Shown one piece after another: positions 1 through 11,436 of a stretch of 64,000 nt of DNA; position 1 is the first letter of the stretch; each line of letters opens with the position of its first letter. The notes under the pieces are model-generated. The model saw only the letters and a list, made by a program, of their open reading frames with translations. It was not told where the DNA came from and ran no database searches. Location: the NCBI GenBank assembly GCA_963707505.1, contig CAVPQB010000005.1, forward strand, positions 64,001 to 128,000. Direction: 5' to 3'. The translations under genes were made by a program, and so were the position numbers. The DNA is from an uncultured Gemmatimonadales bacterium (GTDB lineage Bacteria > Gemmatimonadota > Gemmatimonadetes > Gemmatimonadales > Gemmatimonadaceae).

Positions 1-114
1 GACAATCCCCGCTCCAGCGCGGTGCCGGCTGAAACGTGAGCTCGCACGCGCTGCCCGAGATGCAGCCCGACGCCCTCGACGCGTCACCGGCGCCGAGATC
101 GTGCGCCTCGTCAT
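1..114 (-). CDS. lpxC: UDP-3-O-acyl-GlcNAc deacetylase LpxC (possibly LpxC-FabZ fusion), 5' fragment, runs off window
   Basis: ATG at 114 overlaps lpxD stop (ATGA); reads [11 protein letters not shown] then, across a frameshift, EGVGLHLG, the LpxC N-terminal motif. Confidence 0.7.
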   Translation of the reverse strand, partial: MTRRTISAPVTRRGRRAASRAARASSRFSRHRAGAGIV

Positions 115-1094
115 GCGCGGTCGCCTTGTCGTCCAGCGAGCTTCTCGATTCGGCGCATCATTCCGGCCAACTTGAACAGCGCCGCCGACGCACGCAGCGA
201 TTCGCGATGCGGACGCGCCGGATATCCCGACCACGATTCGCCAGCCGGAACGTCGCCGAACACGCCCGCCTGCGCCGCGATGCGCGCGCCGTCGCCGATG
301 GTGAGGTGCCCACCGATCCCGGCCTGGCCCGCGAGGATTACGCCGTCGCCGATGTGCGCCGAGCCGGCGATGCCAACCTGCGCCATGAGCAGACACAGTC
401 GCGCCGATGCGCACGTTGTGCGCCGATCTGCACGAGGTTGTCGATCTTGCGTGCCCGTCGCCGATCACGGTGTCGTCGATGCTGCCGCGATCGATCGTCG
501 TATTCGCGCCGATCTCGACGTCGTCACCAATGATGCAGCGTCCCGACGTGCGGAATCTTCTCGTGCGCGCCGTTGCGGAACACGTAGCCAAATCCGTCAC
601 TCGCGATACGCGCGCCAGAATGCACGATGCAGCGCGCGCCGATCTCACGCGCCGCGTACACGGTCACATGCGGATACAGGCGCGTGCCGTCACCGATGTT
701 TCACACCGTCGCCAAGCACCACGTAGTCTTCGATCCGCACCCCGGTCACCGAGCCTTACACCGCGTCCGATCCGCGCCGTAGGCGCGATCCAGGGCTCCG
801 CGGGCGCAAGATCGTACAGCACGGGAAGTATCGACCTGCAACGCCTCGTGCGGCCTGTCGACCACGATTCCACTCGGCGCACCGCATTCCGCGTCTGCAA
901 GATCGCGCGCGACGAGCACGATTCCGGCGTCGACAGTCCGCCAGTTGCTCCGACGCGTAGCGAGCCGAGGCCAGAAAAGTAGCGTGGCGTGGCCCCGCCC
1001 TGTCGAGCGGAGCCACGCCATCTACCGCAGACTCCGGGTCACCGCGCAGCTCGCCACCGACGAGCTGCGCGATTTCCCGCGCAGTCAGCGCCAT
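111..1094 (-). CDS. lpxD: UDP-3-O-(3-hydroxymyristoyl)glucosamine N-acyltransferase (several apparent frameshifts)
   Basis: N-term [31 protein letters not shown]-term hexapeptide repeats [39 protein letters not shown]; downstream of skp. Confidence 0.9.
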
Positions 1095-1102
1095 CGCGTT
1101 AT

Positions 1103-1729
1103 CTACGGCTTTGGACGCGTCACGCCCGCCGGCTTCTGTGCTGGACCAACCGGCTTCGGCGATGCCGTCGTCGTTGAAGCGGCTCCCGCCTTCGGGGGAC
1201 CAAGTGCCTTGAGCTTCGCGAGAACCATGTCGGTGAGATCGAGCGACTTGTCAGCCGATACGAGTGCGCTGCCCTGGGCGCCGACGTCGAAGATCATCGT
1301 GTAGCCGCCCTGAGAGCGAACCTGGTCGAGCACCTGTGAAACCTGATCCATCAGCGGGCGTGCCAGATCTGCCTGGCGCTGCTGCATCTGATTGTTCAGG
1401 TCCTGCGCGCGCTGCGTGAACGCGGCTTCGGTGTCGCGGATCGTCTTGCCGCGCGCTTCCTTGCGTGCGCTGTCGAGGGCCGGTGCGTCCTTTTCGTAGG
1501 TCGCGACCATGCCCTTGAGCGAGTCGTCCATCTGCTGCAACTGCGCCCGCGCTGTCGCCATCTCCTTGTTGTACGTCGATTCGGCCTCTGCCCGACCCGG
1601 CGCTTCCGCGAGGATCTTCTGGGAGTTGATATAGGCCAACTTGACCGGCGCCGCCTGCGCGAATGCCGAAGGAGCGAGTGCGAGTGTCGCTGCCGCAAAC
1701 ATCGCGGAGTGCATCCATTTGCTCATCAT
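1103..1729 (-). CDS. skp: OmpH/Skp periplasmic chaperone
   Basis: Signal peptide, KLAYINSQKIL, coiled coil, GYTMIFD..DLTDMVL; between bamA and lpxD. Confidence 0.9.
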   Translation of the reverse strand: MMSKWMHSAMFAAATLALAPSAFAQAAPVKLAYINSQKILAEAPGRAEAESTYNKEMATARAQLQQMDDSLKGMVATYEKDAPALDSARKEARGKTIRDTEAAFTQRAQDLNNQMQQRQADLARPLMDQVSQVLDQVRSQGGYTMIFDVGAQGSALVSADKSLDLTDMVLAKLKALGPPKAGAASTTTASPKPVGPAQKPAGVTRPKP

Positions 1730-1735
1730 ATTTTC

Positions 1736-4169
1736 CTAGAAGTACTGTCCAAGTTTGAAGTGGACTTTCCACCCCGGGTTAGAGTGCCCCTGCGCGTCCA
1801 CCCGGTCCAGGCCGTACGCGAAGTCGACACCAAGAGGGCCGAGCGGACTCACCACTGAGCCGCCCACGCCTACACTACGAAAGAGACGCGTTGGATCGAA
1901 GTCTCGCGGCCGCGCCCACACATTGCCGCCTTCCATGAACGTATCGAGATACACCGATTGATTGATCCGGAGCCCCAGCTCCGCGGTCGTGACAAAGAAC
2001 GCGTTCCCGAACGAGGTCGTCTTGGCGTTGCCGTTACACGCCGATGGATCGTATCCGGCGGGCGTGATGGAAAATTCGCAGTAGCCGCGCAGCGGCTCGC
2101 CGTACTGAGTGCCACCGAGTGCGAACGACTGCGACGAGAAGAACGGGCCCGGATCGCCGAGCACCGCACCTGCGCGCGCCGTGAGGCCCGCCACGATCGT
2201 CATCGGCTCGCCACCGAGCGGATTGCCGCCTATGTACGCCAGCGGCGCATACGAGCGGAGTTCCGTCGTGTACTTCTGGAAGTTGGCAGTTCCGCCGAGC
2301 GGCCCGCCGTTGAACGATGCACTGAAGTTCTGCAGGCCGCCCTGCGTCGCGAACGGAAGCCCAAGCCGCGTATCATGCTGATAGGACACGCCGAGCGACG
2401 ATCGGAAACAGCTCTTGCAGCTTGTGATGATCGTGCTGAGCAACGTACCCTGGTCATTCGCATACTTCACCGACTCGCCACCATAGGAGAGGAAGATGCG
2501 GCTGAAGTATGAATTGGGAACCGGGAAGCCGAACTGGATCTGACCACCGATGCGCGTACTCTGACCGAGGTCGGCGATGGTGTAGCGCGTCTTTGTGTCG
2601 TACGCCGTCACCGATCCGGAGATGCGCGAATCGCGAATGTTCGGATCGGAGTACGTGAGGCTGAAATCGTTGATGTACTTGCCGAACTGCCAGTTGAGCT
2701 GCGCGCGCTTGCAACGCCCGAACAGATTTGGCTGGTCCAGTCCGATGAATCCACCCAGTCCGGTGCCCTGACCCATCGACGCACCGAAGTTGACGTTGCC
2801 GGTGCGCTTCTCCTTCACCTTGAAGGTGATGTCGACGTCACCGTTTTCATCCGGTGTGACTTCCGGCTCTGGCATCGGCGAATCGAAGAAATTCAGATTC
2901 GCGATGTTCTGATAGCTGCGAATGAGATAGTCGCGCTTGAACACCTGGCCTGGCGCCATGACGATCTGTTCGCGTATGCACGACTCGTAAGTGTAGTCGT
3001 TGCCCGCGATGTCGATTCTATTCACTATCGCCGGCGACTTTTCCTCGATGTCCCAGCGCAGGTTGACCTTGCGGACGGAATCCTGCGACGGCACGCGTTC
3101 CTCCACCGGAGTGACGACAGCGTAGATGTAACCCTCGTTGCTGTACGCTTCCTTCACCTTCTCCGTCGCGTCGGTCCAGCGCGATTCATCGAAGGTTCCC
3201 TTCGGGCTTTTGTACGTGTGGTGAACCAGGCCGAGCGCGCTCTCCGCCAGCGATCGATCTTCGCGATCGAATGGGAAATAGTTGCGCAGCTGTTCCTGCG
3301 TGAACGCGCTTGTTCCCGAGAATCTCGAAATTGCCGACCGTATAGCGCGGACCGTCCTGAACGTTCAGCTGGATCTCACCCTTGCCGTTCTGTTTATCAA
3401 CGCGCATGGTGTCCTGCAACAGCCTGAAGTCGATGTAGCCGCGACTCGCATACAGTGACGGAACGCGATCTGTGAGATCGCCCGCGAAGGTGGCGTCGTC
3501 GAACTCGCCGTTCCGAAACCACCAGAACCCTTCGGGCTTGGTCTGCATCGCACCGACGATAGCGCTCGACGGAACCGAGCGGTTTCCTGTAACGCCTATA
3601 CCGGAAATCGCGAGACGCCTTCCTTCGGTCACGTCGAAAGTCAGGGTAAGCTGATCGTTGGCAAGCGAGGAATCGACGTGCACGCGAGCGAGATAGAATC
3701 CCTTGCTCTCGTACAGTGAATCGGTGCGCGAGATCGCGAGCGCGACTTTCGCAGGATCGACGGCGGTTCCAATCGGAAGGTCGAGACGCTCCTTCACATC
3801 CTTGGCCGACACCTGATCCACGCCGTGCACCGACATGCTCGCGAGTACAGGTCGCTCCTTGACCTGCACGTCGAGCGAAGCCTTGTTCGTCTTGGGATCG
3901 ACGGTGCAGATGACGTGGACGTCATCGTAATTGCCGGTTGCGTACAGCGCTTTGACTGCGCGCTGCACGTCGCGGTAGTTGAGCGTGGTCTTGGGGACCA
4001 GGCCGATGGTTGCGCGCACCGTTGCGTTGTCGACGCGCGAGTTACCCGTCACCGTGATCGTATCGGGCACCGAGCATCGGCCGCCCGCAACCGTGGAATC
4101 TGCCCCCTGGGCGTACAAAGGGAGCCCTACCAGCGCTAAGGCCAGCAGGCTCCCAGCAAACTTGAACAT
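1736..4169 (-). CDS. bamA: Outer membrane protein assembly factor BamA (one frameshift near 3305)
   Basis: POTRA repeats in ORF 3186-4283 (likely start MFKFAG at 4169) plus beta-barrel in 1736-3157 with LRGY and SPLGPLGVDFAYG, C-terminal F. Confidence 0.92.
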
Positions 4170-4740
4170 CCCTCTAATATACCACGACGGTCGGTTTGAG
4201 CGCATCCATCCATGACTCGAGTTTGCATCAATTATCAGGTCCGTACGACACCACGAGGTGCAGGAAAGTTGCGCGTGCGACACAGCATTCTTTTGCTGCA
4301 GACTTTGACCTCACAACTCAAGTATTGCGCTCGCGCTGCCGACACCAAGATGTGTCACGCGTGTGGCCACCCATCCCGGTCCGCGAGCAGCACACGCCGC
4401 GCCCGCTCACTGACCAGCCATACTACCGCCCAGTTTAACTACTGACGCCAAGCACCTTTGACCGCCGCTCCTTTGAGCGGCGGTTCGCGTTTCCCCCCAC
4501 GCCCGGCACCTCCGTTCGGCGCGGCCAAGTCCCGTCCAGCGCGTGCGACCCGCACCCGCTGTCCATGTGGGGCACGGACGCGACACCTGTTGCGGCCGCG
4601 CACGACCACTCCCCGCAGTTGGTACATCTGTTCTGCAAGGAGGGTCCATGACGGTTCCATTCGGCGCATTATCCGGACGAGATAACCGGAATACCGGCGG
4701 GTTCTCAACTCGGAATGACAGGAAACTGACGGTGCATCCG

Positions 4741-4755
4741 TGGCCCCGCGCTTGC
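4741..4755 (+). promoter_or_regulatory. Putative sigma54 (-24/-12) promoter
   Basis: TGGCCCCGCGCTTGC fits TGGCAC-N5-TTGC with exact GG-N10-GC spacing, 60 nt upstream of the PEP-CTERM gene. Confidence 0.55.
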
Positions 4756-4815
4756 CTCTGTTTGGCTCTGACCAACCCACAGTCCCTTTACGCTCAAGTC
4801 CCTTAGGACAAAACA

Positions 4816-5349
4816 ATGTCTATCGCCAAGCTCCTCGTCGCAACGGCAATCGCTGCTGCCCCAATCAGCGTAGTGGCAGGCCAGTCGGGCGTTCCCGCCG
4901 ACAGTGGCAGTGACCACCATGCGCGCGGATGGATCGCTGGCGCTGGGGCTGTCGCCGGAGCCGGCCTCTTCCTGGCCTTCACGCAGTCCGGCCAGAACAA
5001 GTCCGCCAACAATTCCGGCTTCAATTTCCACGCGGCGACGACGCCGGGTGCCCACGACCCCGCTCCAACGGGCGGCGCGACGCCACCGAGCCCCGCCGAC
5101 ACGCCATCGAGTCCGACAGACACGGGCACTGTGACCCCGCCCGGTCCACAGAACAATCCACCCGTAGTCAATGACGGCAACCCGCCCTCGAACGACGGGC
5201 CCAACGCTCCCACCGGTGAGACGCCGCCGCGCAACGACGATCCGGGGTTCGTACCCGATGCCAGCACGGTTCCTGAGCCCGGCTCAGCTGCTCTCCTCGC
5301 GACCGGCATCATCGGACTGGCACCCCTGCTCCGTAAGCGCCGCAAGTAG
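4816..5349 (+). CDS. PEP-CTERM sorting-signal surface protein, Pro/Thr/Asn-rich
   Basis: N-terminal signal peptide; C-terminal VPEPGSAALLATGIIGLAPLLRKRRK (PEP motif, TM helix, basic tail); TAGGA RBS-like sequence upstream. Confidence 0.88.
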   Translation: MSIAKLLVATAIAAAPISVVAGQSGVPADSGSDHHARGWIAGAGAVAGAGLFLAFTQSGQNKSANNSGFNFHAATTPGAHDPAPTGGATPPSPADTPSSPTDTGTVTPPGPQNNPPVVNDGNPPSNDGPNAPTGETPPRNDDPGFVPDASTVPEPGSAALLATGIIGLAPLLRKRRK

Positions 5350-5372
5350 GACAGCCGGGAAGGGCGGAACAC

Positions 5373-5412
5373 GAAAAAGCGGGTGAGGCATCGAGCCTCA
5401 CCCGCTTTTTTC
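5373..5412. terminator. Bidirectional intrinsic terminator
   Basis: aaaaagcgggtgaggc-atcga-gcctcacccgcttttt between convergent PEP-CTERM gene and clpC. Confidence 0.85.
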
Positions 5413-5432
5413 ATCGGTCCGAGCGCGCTGAG

Positions 5433-7925
5433 CTAAGCCGCGCTCGCCTTGGTCATGACACGGAACTCGAGCTTCTCGCCCTCGGCCGCAGTGTCGACCT
5501 CGATCTCGTCTCCCTTGGCAAACTCCGCCATGAGGATCTTCTCCGAGAGCGGGTCCTCGATGTAGCGCTGAATCGCCCGCTTGAGCGGACGAGCGCCAAA
5601 CTTGTCATCGTAGCCGTGCTTCACCAGGAAGTTCGCCGCCGGCTCGGTGAGCCGTAGAATCAGCTCCTCGTCGGCCAGGCGCTTCTGCACATCGCGCAGA
5701 ACCACATCGACGATCGAGCGGATGTGCTCGCGCGACAGCGGGTGGAACACGATCACGTCGTCCAGCCGGTTGAGGAACTCCGGATTGAACGTGTGCGACA
5801 TCTCTTCCTTCACACGCTGGACGATGCGCTCGAACGAGTCGCGCGATTCACCGGTATTGAAGCCGAGCGAGCCACCCTTGGTGATGTCCTTGGCGCCGAC
5901 GTTCGACGTCATGATGACGACAGTGTTCTTGAAATCGATCACACGCCCGTAGTTGTCGGTCAGGTGTCCCTCATCCAGCACCTGCAGGAGGATGTTGAAC
6001 ACGTCCGGGTGCGCCTTCTCGATCTCATCCAGAAGGATCACGCTGTAGGGCTTGCGACGCACAGCCTTGGTGAGCGTACCAGAATCCTCGTAGCCGACGT
6101 AGCCCGGAGGCGCGCCGATCAACCGCGACACGGAGAACTTCTCCATGTATTCGCTCATGTCGACGCGGATCAACGCACTCGCGTCCGCAAACAGGAACTT
6201 GGCGAGCGAGCGCGCAAGCTCGGTCTTTCCGACGCCGGTTGGCCCCGAGAAGATGAACGACCCGATCGGACGAGCAGGATCCTTGAGTCCGGCACGGCTG
6301 CGACGAATCGAGCGCGACAACGCCCTGATCGCCTCGTCCTGTCCGATGACTGACGCATGAAGCTCATCCTCCATCCGAAGCAGACGCGCAGTCTCCGCTT
6401 CCTGAAGTCGTCTAACCGGGATGCCGGTCCAACGGCTCACGATGAAGGAGATCTCATCCTCTCCGAGCACAGGGCGATGCGATTGACGCCGCTTGTCCCA
6501 ATCCTCCTGCGCGTGCTTGATCTGCGCCTGCAGATCGCGCTCCTTGTCGCGCAGTGAAGCTGCACGCTCGAAGTTCTGATCTCGCACGGCCGTTTCCTTC
6601 TCGGCGTTGACGCCTTCCAGATCGTGCTTGAGAGCCAGCACCTCGGGCGGCGGAGCCTGCGTTGCCAGACGAGCGCGAGCGCCAGCCTCGTCGATCACGT
6701 CGATCGCCTTGTCCGGGAGGAATCTGTCGGTGATGTAACGCTCCGACATCTTCGCGGCCGCGACGAGCGTGAGATCGGGGATCGTCACCTTGTGGTGATC
6801 CTCGTACTTGCTGCGTAGTCCTTTCAGTATCTCGACCGTGTCGTCAACCGAAGGCGGCTCGACGACTACAGTCTGGAAGCGACGCTCGAGAGCGCCATCC
6901 TTCTCGATGTATTTGCGGTACTCGTTGAGCGTCGACGCACCAACGCACTGCAGCTCGCCGCGCGCGAGTGCGGGCTTGAGCATGTTGCTCGCGTCGATGG
7001 CGCCTTCTGCAGCGCCAGCGCCGACGAGCGTGTGCAGCTCATCGATGAAGAGAATGATGTTCTTGTTCTGCGCGATCTCGTTCATCACGGCCTTGAGACG
7101 CTCCTCGAACTGGCCGCGATACTTTGTGCCTGCGATGACCGCCGCCATGTCGAGCGACAGAACACGGTTGTCGCGCAACGAATCAGGGCACTCGCCAGTC
7201 GCGATGAGCTGCGCGAGTCCTTCGACGATCGCCGTCTTGCCGACACCGGGCTCGCCGATCAGAACAGGATTGTTCTTCTTGCGGCGCGTGAGGATTTCCA
7301 TGACGCGCTCGATTTCTTTCGCGCGCCCGATCGTCGGATCGAGCTGGCCTTCGGCAGCGAGCTGCGTGAGGTCGCGGCAGAAATGATCGAGTGCTGGCGT
7401 CTTGGACTTCTTCTCGCCCTTTGCGGCTGGCGGCGTGGCTGGTGCACCGGCGGTGGCCGCAGCACCCGCACCCTGCGGAAGCTCGGTGCCAAGCAGACGC
7501 AACGTTTCCTTGCGCGCTTCGTCGAGATTGATTCCAGCGTCGGTAAGTACCTGTGCGGCAATTCCCTTCTCCTCGCGCAGAAGGCCGAGCAGAAGATGTT
7601 CCGTACCGACATACGAATGATTCAGCTCCCGAGCTTCAGCCATTGCGAGCTCGAGAACTTTCTTTGCGCGTGATGTATAGGGAAGGTCCGGACCCGTAGC
7701 GACAGTTGCTTTCCCCTTCTTCACCGTCTCTTCGATCTTCTGTTGAATGTCGTCGAGATCGATGCTGAGGTTTTGCAGGACCGCCGCTGCAACGCCTTCG
7801 CCTTCGCGAATCAGCCCGAGCAGAATGTGCTCGGTGCCAACGTATTCGTGGTGCAGACGCGCAGCTTCCTCGCGTGCCATTGCGAGAACCTTGCGCACCC
7901 GCTCCGTGAAGTTGTATCCGTTCAT
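5433..7925 (-). CDS. clpC: ATP-dependent Clp protease ATP-binding subunit ClpC
   Basis: Clp-N repeats, two AAA+ domains ([16 protein letters not shown]), UVR middle domain, LGF ClpP-docking loop. Confidence 0.96.
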   Translation of the reverse strand: MNGYNFTERVRKVLAMAREEAARLHHEYVGTEHILLGLIREGEGVAAAVLQNLSIDLDDIQQKIEETVKKGKATVATGPDLPYTSRAKKVLELAMAEARELNHSYVGTEHLLLGLLREEKGIAAQVLTDAGINLDEARKETLRLLGTELPQGAGAAATAGAPATPPAAKGEKKSKTPALDHFCRDLTQLAAEGQLDPTIGRAKEIERVMEILTRRKKNNPVLIGEPGVGKTAIVEGLAQLIATGECPDSLRDNRVLSLDMAAVIAGTKYRGQFEERLKAVMNEIAQNKNIILFIDELHTLVGAGAAEGAIDASNMLKPALARGELQCVGASTLNEYRKYIEKDGALERRFQTVVVEPPSVDDTVEILKGLRSKYEDHHKVTIPDLTLVAAAKMSERYITDRFLPDKAIDVIDEAGARARLATQAPPPEVLALKHDLEGVNAEKETAVRDQNFERAASLRDKERDLQAQIKHAQEDWDKRRQSHRPVLGEDEISFIVSRWTGIPVRRLQEAETARLLRMEDELHASVIGQDEAIRALSRSIRRSRAGLKDPARPIGSFIFSGPTGVGKTELARSLAKFLFADASALIRVDMSEYMEKFSVSRLIGAPPGYVGYEDSGTLTKAVRRKPYSVILLDEIEKAHPDVFNILLQVLDEGHLTDNYGRVIDFKNTVVIMTSNVGAKDITKGGSLGFNTGESRDSFERIVQRVKEEMSHTFNPEFLNRLDDVIVFHPLSREHIRSIVDVVLRDVQKRLADEELILRLTEPAANFLVKHGYDDKFGARPLKRAIQRYIEDPLSEKILMAEFAKGDEIEVDTAAEGEKLEFRVMTKASAA

Positions 7926-8998
7926 TGGGCAGCCCTTTCCAAAGTCTCCCGTACGAAGGCAGCGCGAACGACGCTTGCCTCATCCTCTGTCAATACGCGT
8001 CCCTCGCGTGCGGAGAGATGCGCTGATTGAGTGAATACCAGGAGTTCGTTAAGAATGTATACACTCAGTCCGTCGATCAGTTTCAGTCCGGTAGCCAGAC
8101 GAACACCACTCAGAAAATTCATTGCCTCGTCAAAAGAGAGGCTTCTCGCGTACCGCAGCGTGCCGTATGCCCGCCACAACTTGTCCTCTAGAATATACTC
8201 CGCGTCCCGAAGGAGCACTTTACGTGCTTCCAGCTCTTTTTCGATGACATGCCGAACGATATCCTGCAGGTAATCCAGCAGATCCTGTTCGGATTTCCCG
8301 AGTGTGGTCTGATTGGAAATCTGGAACAGATTCCCTATGACCTCACTGCCCTCTCCATATAAGCCTCGGTACGTCAGGCCGACCTGCTGAAGGCCGACCA
8401 GCACTCTGCCAATCTCCTTGGTCAGAACGAGCGCGGGCAGGTGAACGAGCACGGATGCCCGGAGGCCCGTACCGACGTTGGTCGGGCATGCGGTGAGGAA
8501 TCCAAACTCGCGGTGATACGCGAACGGGACACGCTGCCCCAGCTCGACGTCGATGTCACGCGCATCCGCAAATGCCCGGTCCAGATCCAGCCCGGACCGC
8601 ATCGCCTGGATCCGGAGATGGTCTTCCTCGTTCACCATGATGGCAACGTCGCGCCCGACGTGAACTGCCGCGCCGCTGCGGGGCTGGGTTCCAGTATCGA
8701 GCGCCGCGAGCTCCTTGCTCACGACGTGGCGCTCATGCAACAGCAGCCGGTCCGGCTCATCCAGCTGGTCGACGCGCACCAGGACGCCGTCCCGTGCGGC
8801 CGGAATCACCGATAGCGCGTCCCTGACCTGCGAAAGCACTCTCAGGCGCTCGCCCTCTCGGGCGCGGCCCGAGAAGGCGTAGCCCTCGACGTTGCGGGCC
8901 AGGCGTACGCGTGTGGACAGAACGACACCCGCCTGCTCGCCGGTGCCGTCCATCCAGCCGAGGCCGCCGCCCGGAAGGGTCTCTGGATCGAAGCTCAT
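7922..8998 (-). CDS. mcsB: Protein-arginine kinase McsB
   Basis: STRVRLARN, NEEDHLRIQ, CPTNVGTGLRASV, FQISNQTTLG phosphagen-kinase motifs; upstream of clpC. Confidence 0.93.
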   Translation of the reverse strand: MSFDPETLPGGGLGWMDGTGEQAGVVLSTRVRLARNVEGYAFSGRAREGERLRVLSQVRDALSVIPAARDGVLVRVDQLDEPDRLLLHERHVVSKELAALDTGTQPRSGAAVHVGRDVAIMVNEEDHLRIQAMRSGLDLDRAFADARDIDVELGQRVPFAYHREFGFLTACPTNVGTGLRASVLVHLPALVLTKEIGRVLVGLQQVGLTYRGLYGEGSEVIGNLFQISNQTTLGKSEQDLLDYLQDIVRHVIEKELEARKVLLRDAEYILEDKLWRAYGTLRYARSLSFDEAMNFLSGVRLATGLKLIDGLSVYILNELLVFTQSAHLSAREGRVLTEDEASVVRAAFVRETLERAAQ

Positions 8999-9483
8999 TC
9001 GATCGCCCGGAGCTGGTCGCGCAGCGACGCCGCCAGCTCGAATTCCTCGTTCCGGATCGCCCGCTCGAGCCGCTCACGCAGCCGGTCCGGCGATGCTGGA
9101 ATCGGCGCTTCGAGCGCGCCTTGTGCGCCACTGTACTCTCGGCCTCGATGCTGCCCCTGTCCATGCACCTTTCGGAGCAGTTCGCGGAGGCTCTGTTCGA
9201 AGGCGGTATAGCAGTACGGACAGCCAAGCCTGCCAGTCTGGCGGAAGTCACGCAGTGTGGACGAGCAGAACGAGCAGCGCACCGCGTCGGTCTGTGACGG
9301 CGAAATGTGTTGCTGAACCGATTGAAGGAAATCCGTCACCCCTGGTGGTGGCGCCGAGACCGACGCCTGGAGTCCGCGCTCGGCGGCGCACTGCTCGCAG
9401 AGCCGAACCTGACGCACTCCGTTCCCGTCTATCTCCGTGACGGTTATGACTACGTCATTTTCCTTGCAAACCTCACACAGCAC
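8995..9483 (-). CDS. mcsA: McsB activator McsA (four CXXC plus UVR domain)
   Basis: CEVC, CEQC, CSFC, GRLGCPYCY; C-terminal EEFELAASLRDQL. Confidence 0.9.
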   Translation of the reverse strand: MLCEVCKENDVVITVTEIDGNGVRQVRLCEQCAAERGLQASVSAPPPGVTDFLQSVQQHISPSQTDAVRCSFCSSTLRDFRQTGRLGCPYCYTAFEQSLRELLRKVHGQGQHRGREYSGAQGALEAPIPASPDRLRERLERAIRNEEFELAASLRDQLRAIE

Positions 9484-10189
9484 CGATCCAGCCTCCTCCC
9501 TCGCCCTGCACGATTTCCGACAATCTTCCTTCCTTCAACTGATACACCGCTCGCGCCCTGTCGGCCAGGGACATGTTGTGTGTGACGACAACCATCCCGA
9601 CGCCCAGATCTCGCACGACTTCGGCCAACAGGTCGTGCAACCGCTCGCCGTTTGCGAGATCCAGGTTACCTGACGGCTCGTCGGCCAGGACGACACCCGG
9701 CGACGCTGCAAGCGCGCGCGCGACGGCTGTCCGCTGTTGCTCCCCGCCACTCAGCTCGCCCGGCCGGTGATGCAGTCGTCCGGCGAGGCCGACACGTTCC
9801 AGAAGCGATGTCGCGCGTGCTTCGGCCACGGCCGGAGTCTCACCCGCGATGCGAAGTGGAAGCGCAACATTTTCCAGCGCGGAGAACTCCCGCAGAAGGT
9901 GGTGAAACTGGAACACGAAACCGACACCGCGGTTTCGCACGGCCGCAAGCTCTTCGTCCGAACGATCGGAGAGAAGACGGTCAGACAACAGCACATCACC
10001 GGAGGTGGGGCGGTCCAGTCCGCCCAGTATGTGCAGCAGAGTGCTCTTCCCCGAGCCGCTTTCTCCGATTATCGCAAGCATCTCACCCGACTCGACGCGT
10101 AGATCGACTCCACGCAGCACATCCAGCGCGACACCATCGCCGCCGATGTAACGTTTCGTCACGCCGCGACTTTCCAGAACCGTTGTCAT
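9473..10189 (-). CDS. lolD: Lipoprotein-releasing ABC transporter ATP-binding protein
   Basis: Start MTTVLES at 10189; GESGSGKST, FVFQFHHLL, LSGGEQQR, ADEPSGNLD. Confidence 0.9.
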   Translation of the reverse strand: MTTVLESRGVTKRYIGGDGVALDVLRGVDLRVESGEMLAIIGESGSGKSTLLHILGGLDRPTSGDVLLSDRLLSDRSDEELAAVRNRGVGFVFQFHHLLREFSALENVALPLRIAGETPAVAEARATSLLERVGLAGRLHHRPGELSGGEQQRTAVARALAASPGVVLADEPSGNLDLANGERLHDLLAEVVRDLGVGMVVVTHNMSLADRARAVYQLKEGRLSEIVQGEGGGWIGAV

Positions 10190-11436
10190 TCGGACCGAAT
10201 CGCGTCGACGGGATACAGCTTGGCTGCCTGAATTGCCGGATACAATGTCGCGAGCGCCGCAATCAGCAGGCTTGCGACGACAATCAATATCACGTCGCGC
10301 GGTTGTGTCGTCACCGGAAGGTGATCTATGAAATATACCGACGGATCCAGCTTGATGAATTTGTATCTGTCGAGTGCGAGCGCCCCCGCAAAACCCAGCA
10401 CCAGGCCAAGACCCGTTCCGACTGCGCCGATGACCAGACCCTGCACCAGAAAGATGTTCCGGATCGCGGACGACCGGAGCCCCATCGCTTTGAGAATGCC
10501 GATCTCGCGCGTCTTGTCGTGCACCACCATCGACAGCGTGCTCACGATGTTGAACGCCGCCACGATGACGATCAACAACAGGATGACACTCATCCCGAGC
10601 TTCTCCAGCTTGAGCGCCTGGAACAGCGAATGGTTCTGCTCCTGCCAATCGACTGTGCGATACGGGAAGCCAAGGTGGTTCGTGATCGCGGTCGAAACGA
10701 CACCTGCGTTCCATCGGTCTTTCGTGCTCACTTCGAGACCTGTTACCGAGCTATCGATTCCCGCGAACTCCTGTGCGGAGCGCAGATCGATGTACACATA
10801 CGCGTTGTCGTATTCGTACATCCCGGTCTGGAAGACGCCGGTCACCTCGTACCGGTATACGCGCGGAATGTACGCACCGGTCGCCGCGTTCTGCTGAACA
10901 CCCGCAACCGAAATGAGATTGATCGTGTCGCCCGGCCACACATTGAAGCGCGACGCAAGCAGCTGTCCGATCACCACGCCACGGTGAGCTCCGTCCTCCG
11001 TTTCAAAGGAAAACTTTCCGCGAACCGCATGCTCACGAATGCTCGTGACTTCCGGGAAACCCGATCCCTTGCCGGGGATTCCGACCACGTAGACGCCGCT
11101 TGCGTAGGTTCTTCCGGCGTTCATCGCACCCTCGCTCTGCACGAACGGCGCGGACGCAACCACGCCGGGTACCTGGCGCACGCGCTTGAGCGCGAATCGC
11201 CAGGAATCCATCTTGAGATCGTCACCGTAGGTGAGCACGCGGATGTCGGGACTGCCGACGAGAATCTTCTCGCGCAGGTCGTGCTGCAGTCCGTTCATCA
11301 CACCGATGATGATTATCAGGGCGCTCACGCCTACGACGACGCCGGCAATTGCGATGACGCTTATGAACGACAACAACTTCGATCCGCGCCGGCTCCGCAA
11401 ATACCTCCAGGCGATCGCCAGCTCGAGGCGTGTCAT
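10186..11436 (-). CDS. lolE: Lipoprotein-releasing ABC transporter permease LolC/E
   Basis: [46 protein letters not shown]. Confidence 0.9.
   Translation of the reverse strand: MTRLELAIAWRYLRSRRGSKLLSFISVIAIAGVVVGVSALIIIIGVMNGLQHDLREKILVGSPDIRVLTYGDDLKMDSWRFALKRVRQVPGVVASAPFVQSEGAMNAGRTYASGVYVVGIPGKGSGFPEVTSIREHAVRGKFSFETEDGAHRGVVIGQLLASRFNVWPGDTINLISVAGVQQNAATGAYIPRVYRYEVTGVFQTGMYEYDNAYVYIDLRSAQEFAGIDSSVTGLEVSTKDRWNAGVVSTAITNHLGFPYRTVDWQEQNHSLFQALKLEKLGMSVILLLIVIVAAFNIVSTLSMVVHDKTREIGILKAMGLRSSAIRNIFLVQGLVIGAVGTGLGLVLGFAGALALDRYKFIKLDPSVYFIDHLPVTTQPRDVILIVVASLLIAALATLYPAIQAAKLYPVDAIRSE

Noticed and set aside
111..1094. lpxD, secD, secF, infB and others as pseudogenes
   Set aside because: Conserved, largely essential genes with intact motifs; the clustered indels fit consensus error.
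4407..4816. Small ORFs between bamA and the PEP-CTERM gene
   Set aside because: Several overlapping frames with no convincing RBS or recognisable motif; better read as regulatory DNA.
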